A stretch of 64,000 bases of DNA from Treponema sp. (GTDB taxonomy: Bacteria; Spirochaetota; Spirochaetia; Treponematales; Treponemataceae): positions 4,591 through 68,590 of the forward strand of contig JAEDFX010000001.1 of assembly GCA_016297805.1 (NCBI GenBank), given 5' to 3'. The notes under the pieces are model-generated. The model made no database searches and was not told the DNA's origin. It saw nothing but the letters and a program-made list of their open reading frames with translations. Shown piece by piece: positions 59,178-64,000 of the stretch (position 1 is the stretch's first letter; every line of letters begins with the position of its first letter). Made by a program: the position numbers and the translations under genes.

Positions 59178-59930
59178 ATGGAAAATCTTTCATTAAATGT
59201 TCCTGCTGGAGTTCTTGTAAAAGCTACATGCGTAGATTTTCCAGGACTCGTAGCAGGCTCTTTTTTTCTTAAAGGATGCAATCTTCGCTGCCCATATTGT
59301 TACAATATTAATCTTGTAACCCCTTCAGAAAAGACAGATCTTGAATTGGATTCTATTCAGGATTTATTCAATCATTTGGAAAAACGTCAGGGCATTCTTA
59401 CCGGACTTGTAATAAGTGGTGGAGAACCATTATTAAATCCTTACACTCCTCTTATTATAAAAAAAGCAAAATCTCTGGGATACAAAATCAAACTGGACAC
59501 TAACGGAACTTTACCTGCAGAATTAAGCTATTTTCTAGAAGCTCCTGAAATACGTCCAGATTTTCTTGCCATTGATATAAAAACAACACCAGAAAAATAT
59601 GCAAAACTCATCTGCAACAAACAGTCTAAATTTTATGGGAATATCCAATATTTCGAAAAAGTGATTTCTGAAAGCTGCAGAATTGCTGAATCTATTCCTG
59701 CAGATAAAAGGGAATTCAGAACTGTGCTGGTACCTTCTCTTGTTTCATTAAAAGAAATTCAGATTATTGCAAAATTTCTACCAAAGGATGCCAGCTGGCA
59801 GTTCGCGCAGTTTCAGAATGAAAATTGTCTAAACCCAGAATACAAAACAATCAAACCATATCTTGATTACGAAATTGAACAGATAATAACGGAAGCAAAA
59901 AAATTCATTCCTAACGCAAACTTAAGGTAG
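59178..59930 (+). CDS. nrdG: anaerobic RNR activating enzyme (radical SAM)
   Basis: VDFPG, GCNLRCPYCYN, ISGGEP, KLDTNG, EFRTV. Confidence 0.92.
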   Translation: MENLSLNVPAGVLVKATCVDFPGLVAGSFFLKGCNLRCPYCYNINLVTPSEKTDLELDSIQDLFNHLEKRQGILTGLVISGGEPLLNPYTPLIIKKAKSLGYKIKLDTNGTLPAELSYFLEAPEIRPDFLAIDIKTTPEKYAKLICNKQSKFYGNIQYFEKVISESCRIAESIPADKREFRTVLVPSLVSLKEIQIIAKFLPKDASWQFAQFQNENCLNPEYKTIKPYLDYEIEQIITEAKKFIPNANLR

Positions 59931-59942
59931 GATTAATTAATT

Positions 59943-60929
59943 CTACATAATTCTGGCGAATTCTTTTACAACTTGAGGAATCAATGTTTCTACCCTGCCA
60001 TTACAACTCATACCGCTGGCATTTTTATGTCCGCCGCCTCCAAATTTTGCAGCAACTGCAGAAACATCAATTTTATCCTGAGAACGGAATCCACCAGTAC
60101 AAGTAGTAGGAGTATCCTGTCTTAAGAAAACAGCCGCCTCTACACCTTTAGAAGAAAGCAGAAGCTGATACAAAGCATCTGAATCACGTCCCTCCATGCC
60201 AAAATTCTTTGTATCTTCCAAAGATTCATAAGTAATAACAAGACGACCATCCAGATAACGTTCAGCCTTATTCAATAAAATCCCTAACAATTTTCTAGTG
60301 GAATAAGGTTTGCCAGAATTAATATCAATATAAGTTGTACGAGGGTTAGCTCCATAAGCTACCAATCTGGAAGCAGCCATAAAAACAGGTGCAGAATTAT
60401 CTGTTAAAAATCTGAAAAATCCTGTATCTGTACATAATCCAAAAAATAAAATTTCAGCCAGTTCTTTTGACAAAGGACCTACCAGCATTTCATAAAAAAT
60501 CTGAATTAAAAAAGCACATGCAGGAGCTTCAGCATTAATATAGCCTTTTGCATTTTCAATAATTGAACCAGTTTTATGATGGTCAATAATAAAAGTATCC
60601 AGTCCCTTAAAATCACCATCAATCTCACCCAATCTGCTTAGTTCACAGCAATCACAAATAATCAAGCCAGTTTCAGCTCTCTCTGAAGCATCCTGAAATT
60701 CCATTTCGTTAGAAAATTTATCCTGCCACTTGATTACTTCATTTCGCTTAAAAGGACCTGCCGAAAGCAATTGATAATTCTTTTTGTATGCATCAAGAAT
60801 TGCAGCAATTCCCAGACATGAAGAAACACAGTCCCCGTCAGGCTCTTTATGACCTACAATAAAAAAAAACTTATGCTGTTCAATAAAAGATTTTAATTCA
60901 TCTGCATCCTGCTGTGTTATTTCTTTCAT
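59943..60929 (-). CDS. DHH/DHHA1 phosphoesterase (NrnA/DhhP-like)
   Basis: GHKEPDGDC, IIDHH, TDTGFF, FGGGGHKNASG. Confidence 0.9.
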   Translation of the reverse strand: MKEITQQDADELKSFIEQHKFFFIVGHKEPDGDCVSSCLGIAAILDAYKKNYQLLSAGPFKRNEVIKWQDKFSNEMEFQDASERAETGLIICDCCELSRLGEIDGDFKGLDTFIIDHHKTGSIIENAKGYINAEAPACAFLIQIFYEMLVGPLSKELAEILFFGLCTDTGFFRFLTDNSAPVFMAASRLVAYGANPRTTYIDINSGKPYSTRKLLGILLNKAERYLDGRLVITYESLEDTKNFGMEGRDSDALYQLLLSSKGVEAAVFLRQDTPTTCTGGFRSQDKIDVSAVAAKFGGGGHKNASGMSCNGRVETLIPQVVKEFARIM

Positions 60930-61013
60930 AAAAAAATCCTGTTAATACGCAAGTCAAGACACCAATCTCTACAGGTCTTGATTTATTCTTTTTAAAGTTT
61001 AATACCTTTAAAT

Positions 61014-61044
61014 AAAAAAAGAGGACTGTTTCCAATCCTCTTTC
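61014..61044 (-). terminator. intrinsic terminator
   Basis: Minus strand GAAAGAGGATTG-GAAA-CAGTCCTCTTTTTTT after the 61087..61542 gene. Confidence 0.75.
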
Positions 61045-61086
61045 ATCTTAACAAATTCTTTACAAAAATTCTATGCAGTTATATTT

Positions 61087-61542
61087 CTATAATTCAAGTT
61101 CTTCGAGAGTTTCTTTATCTGCACCATCAAGTCCCTTTCTGTAATCTATTACACCCCAGATACCTGTTGATTTATTCATAGGTACAGTAAGAATAACTCG
61201 CTTGAACTCTCCATTATCTTTTACAATGGTCATATACGAAGTACTATTCTTCTTAGAATTTCTGAACTTCAACTTTCTAGGATTATCAGGATTTCCTTTT
61301 GCCCATGCTTTAGGAATTACTGTAGTTCCAGTTCCAAATTTATTTTTCTGATAAACAATAGCATATCCATCTTTACCTTCTAAAATTTTAAGAATTGGAA
61401 CATTCACATATGAAATATCTGTCCACTTTCCTTCTGTTCGCTCTGGAGCAAGGCTGGAATTTTTACTTTCGCTGTTCTCTTCTGCAACAATAGACATTGT
61501 AAAGAGTGAAAATATTGCTAAAATCATCAATAATTTTTTCAT
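61087..61542 (-). CDS. hypothetical exported protein
   Basis: Signal peptide MKKLLMILAIFSLFTMSIVA; SD GGGAG. Confidence 0.65.
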   Translation of the reverse strand: MKKLLMILAIFSLFTMSIVAEENSESKNSSLAPERTEGKWTDISYVNVPILKILEGKDGYAIVYQKNKFGTGTTVIPKAWAKGNPDNPRKLKFRNSKKNSTSYMTIVKDNGEFKRVILTVPMNKSTGIWGVIDYRKGLDGADKETLEELEL

Positions 61543-61704
61543 ATAATACTCCCTTAAATAAGTACATAAAACCTATTAAATCTTAAAAATTATAAACCGT
61601 TTAGATTAATTTAACAACTATTTTATACAGAGTTTTCTTTCATTCTATATGTAACAAATTCTATATTTACGTTATTATATAATTATACAAATAATGAGGT
61701 AGTT

Positions 61705-62526
61705 ATGAAAAAAAATATTTCAAAAATCTTTATTAGTTTTTCAATTTTAGCACTCTTCTGCACAGGCTGTGCTTCTACTCAGAAGAGTGATTCTATTTCT
61801 GGTGATGAATACGGTACTGCTGAACAGACTCAGGAATCTGATGAATTAGATACAGATTTTTCTTCTACAGATGAAAAGGGCACAAAAGCAAATAAAAAAG
61901 GCAAAAAAAAGAACGCACTGGAATCTTTTTTTACCTTCGGCAACAAGGATGATTTTATTTCAAATGATGTAACAGCAGTATTTACAAGAACAGTTACAGG
62001 TTCTATCAAACAGAAGAAAGCATCTATTATGATTAATCCAGAAAAACAGACAGCAGGTTTCGGTTCAACTTATATGTCTGCATATTACATTGTTCAACTG
62101 GATGCTGAATCAAGAGCAAAACTTGCAAAAGCCGTTGAATTATATTTGAACGATTTTGAAAACAAAAAACTGGATAGAAAAGATAGAAAATCTTATAAAA
62201 AATATGGTCAATTCAATATACATTTGGATTGGGGTACAATCAGTTCTTCAACACCTAATTTTGGAGACGGAACTGCTTATTTCGGATATGAATTTGAAAA
62301 AGGTTCTCCATACTTCTCAATTACCTGCTACCCTATGCACAATAAATATTGGGATATTGTAAATGAAGCAACTTCAGAACAATCTCTGCAGCTTAAATAT
62401 TTCTTTACAAAAGCTCTTGCACAGGAACTCGTAGATTTTATTTCTGAAGAAAAGATTTCATCCTTTTTTGAAGATTATGTAAGTGACACAATATTCACTC
62501 CAGCTGAACTTGATGATTATGAATAA
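61705..62526 (+). CDS. hypothetical lipoprotein
   Basis: Lipobox FCTGC; SD GAGG. Confidence 0.7.
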   Translation: MKKNISKIFISFSILALFCTGCASTQKSDSISGDEYGTAEQTQESDELDTDFSSTDEKGTKANKKGKKKNALESFFTFGNKDDFISNDVTAVFTRTVTGSIKQKKASIMINPEKQTAGFGSTYMSAYYIVQLDAESRAKLAKAVELYLNDFENKKLDRKDRKSYKKYGQFNIHLDWGTISSSTPNFGDGTAYFGYEFEKGSPYFSITCYPMHNKYWDIVNEATSEQSLQLKYFFTKALAQELVDFISEEKISSFFEDYVSDTIFTPAELDDYE

Positions 62527-62606
62527 TTGAAAATATAAAAATATTAATTTTGATTAACGCTTATAACTAAATTATTAATCTAAAAGAAACGGTAAAAATA
62601 TTTTTT

Positions 62607-62652
62607 AAAAGATCCGAATTTATAACAAAAAATTATATTCGGATCTTTTTTT
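62607..62652 (+). terminator. intrinsic terminator, possibly bidirectional
   Basis: AAAAGATCCGAAT / ATTCGGATCTTTT followed by a T-tract. Confidence 0.75.
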
Positions 62653-62683
62653 ATTTTTATATACCAGAAAAAATAGGTTAAAT

Positions 62684-62714
62684 AAAAAAAGAGACCATAA
62701 AAAGGCCTCTTTTT
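62684..62714 (-). terminator. terminator downstream of tRNA-Met
   Basis: Minus strand AAAAAGAGGCC-TTTTTAT-GGTCTC-TTTTTTT. Confidence 0.65.
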
Positions 62715-62717
62715 AGT

Positions 62718-62790
62718 TAGCGACCAATGGGATTGAACCATTGACATCACGGATATGAGCCGTGTGCTCTACCAACTGAGCTAGGTCGCC
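62718..62790 (-). tRNA. tRNA with CAT anticodon, most likely elongator tRNA-Met; CCA not encoded
   Basis: GGCGACC-TAGCTCAGTTGGTAGAGC-A-CACGG-CTCATAT-CCGTG-ATGTC-AATGG-TTCAATC-CCATT-GGTCGCT-A cloverleaf; no C1:A72 or GGG/CCC initiator features. Confidence 0.93.
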
Positions 62791-62803
62791 GTTGAATGTA
62801 TAT

Positions 62804-62833
62804 ATACTATCAAATATAGATTAAACTTGTCAA
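62804..62833 (-). promoter_or_regulatory. sigma70 promoter of the tRNA
   Basis: TTGACA (62833-62828), 18 nt, TG-a-TAGTAT (62809-62804). Confidence 0.7.
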
Positions 62834-62930
62834 TAGGTAAATTTGTAAATTCGTAATTTTTTTTCGACTACCCCATAAAACGTCCGATATTAGTGCAATC
62901 TATATAGGACTTAACAGTCGAGGAGAAATT

Positions 62931-63863
62931 ATGAAAAGTAATGAACTTAATTTGGTTCCAGAAAAATTAGCAGCTGGAAAAATTACAAAAAAAGAAGCAG
63001 TAGATATTATCTGTGCTTACATAAATGAAAATTTTCCAGTATTCGGGCTTCATAAATACGACGAGGATTTCAGAGAAGATGTTATTCTTTATTTTTTAGA
63101 AAGAGGATCTCACGTTTTAGATTCATACAACAAAAATACAGCAGATTTTTTTACTTTTCTTTACAGCAATATTATGAGCTATATCCAAACCAGAAAAAGA
63201 AGTTTAGCTAGAGAAAACTTAAAAGAAAAGCTAACTCTTTCTGAAACAATAAATAACATAGACGAAAAAGAATCTGCATATAACAGAATTAATTATAAAA
63301 AATTTGAACTGGCAAAAATACCATATTCCTATACCCCTATCACCGTTGAAAACCTCAGAAGAATTTTCGAACCAATCTCAAAAGATATGACTGATAAAAA
63401 AATATTAGTTTTAGCCATGAAGTCATCATTTTTTCTTTCAGATTCCATGATAAAAAAAATCAGCGACCTCTATAACATTCAGGAAGAAGATATGTATAAG
63501 ACAATTCAATATTGCAAAGAATCCATATCCAGAAGAACAGAAAAACATCAGTCTGCAATCGAGCACAGAAACTATGCTTATTATCATCATAAAAAGTATG
63601 AACAGGAGCTTAATTCTCTAAAATCAAACACAAAAAAATCAGGAAATATCTTTCAGATAGAAAAAAAATATTTAAAGCATTCTAAAAACTGGAAATTAAT
63701 CAATGAGAAATTTGAAAAAGGATTTCTCTATCTACGTCCCACAAACAAAACAATTGCAGATATTCTTGGTATATGTGAAAGACAGGTTTCTTACTACATT
63801 AATTGTGCAAAAAAAGAATGTGAGAAAAATAACATTGAACAAGAAATACAGAAAGATGATTAA
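62931..63863 (+). CDS. divergent sigma-70-like / HTH protein
   Basis: Region-2-like DFREDVILYFLER...DFFTFLY and C-terminal HTH PTNKTIADILGICERQVSYYI; SD GAGGAG. Confidence 0.55.
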   Translation: MKSNELNLVPEKLAAGKITKKEAVDIICAYINENFPVFGLHKYDEDFREDVILYFLERGSHVLDSYNKNTADFFTFLYSNIMSYIQTRKRSLARENLKEKLTLSETINNIDEKESAYNRINYKKFELAKIPYSYTPITVENLRRIFEPISKDMTDKKILVLAMKSSFFLSDSMIKKISDLYNIQEEDMYKTIQYCKESISRRTEKHQSAIEHRNYAYYHHKKYEQELNSLKSNTKKSGNIFQIEKKYLKHSKNWKLINEKFEKGFLYLRPTNKTIADILGICERQVSYYINCAKKECEKNNIEQEIQKDD

Positions 63864-63898
63864 TTGTTTTAGTTTTCTTAATTCATTATATTAGAAGA

Positions 63899-64000
63899 AT
63901 GAAAATATATTTAGCTACTGGAAACAAAAACAAGAAAAAAGAAATGTGCGAACTTTTATCAGAGCACACTATTTTAATACCTTCTGATGAAGGCATAGAA
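63899..64000 (+). CDS. rdgB: RdgB/HAM1 non-canonical purine NTP pyrophosphatase, 5' part truncated by the window end
   Basis: Manual translation MKIYLATGNKNKKKEMCELLSEHTILIPSDEGIE matches the LATxNxxKxxE N-terminal motif. Confidence 0.8.
   Translation, partial: MKIYLATGNKNKKKEMCELLSEHTILIPSDEGIE

Noticed and set aside
60955..60991. Hairpin TCAAGAC...GTCTTGA upstream of the DHH gene as a riboswitch
   Set aside because: Only a short stem with no recognisable aptamer consensus; insufficient support.
62718..62790. Initiator tRNA-fMet, tRNA-Ile2, or a tRNA-anchored island
   Set aside because: Lacks initiator determinants; the acceptor stem fits elongator Met better than Ile2 (not fully excluded); no integrase or att duplication nearby.

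Overview
AT-rich, gene-dense bacterial chromosome segment, most consistent with a gut or rumen Treponema (spirochaete). This assignment rests on spirochaete-type RpoZ, UPRTase, type-2 IleRS, RecJ, lipoproteins and gene order, and is an inference. The content is mostly housekeeping: ileS, thiI, priA, truA, acpS, cdaR/cdaA, folP, dxs, miaA, rpoZ, recO, pdp, recJ, ligA, trmB, surE, lnt, nrdR-nrdD-nrdG, tRNA-Met and a partial rdgB. No transposase, integrase, prophage or CRISPR array is visible. Main highlights: (1) a ~1920-aa ORF in which a complete DinB/Pol IV is fused, through an internal signal-peptide-like segment, to a ~1500-aa predicted outer-membrane protein with SprA-like motifs; (2) a class III ribonucleotide reductase whose glycyl-radical domain is split onto a separate gene fused to a CPNC redoxin, with coiled-coil-like ends on both sides of the split; (3) a GT8-acyltransferase-acyltransferase-GT8 cassette; (4) five tandem hairpin repeats and a separate dispersed REP-like palindrome family; (5) an unannotated 29-aa bS22-like ribosomal protein; (6) a probable AUU start for dxs; (7) many apparently leaderless genes. 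All family assignments come from motif recognition by eye; no database searches were run.
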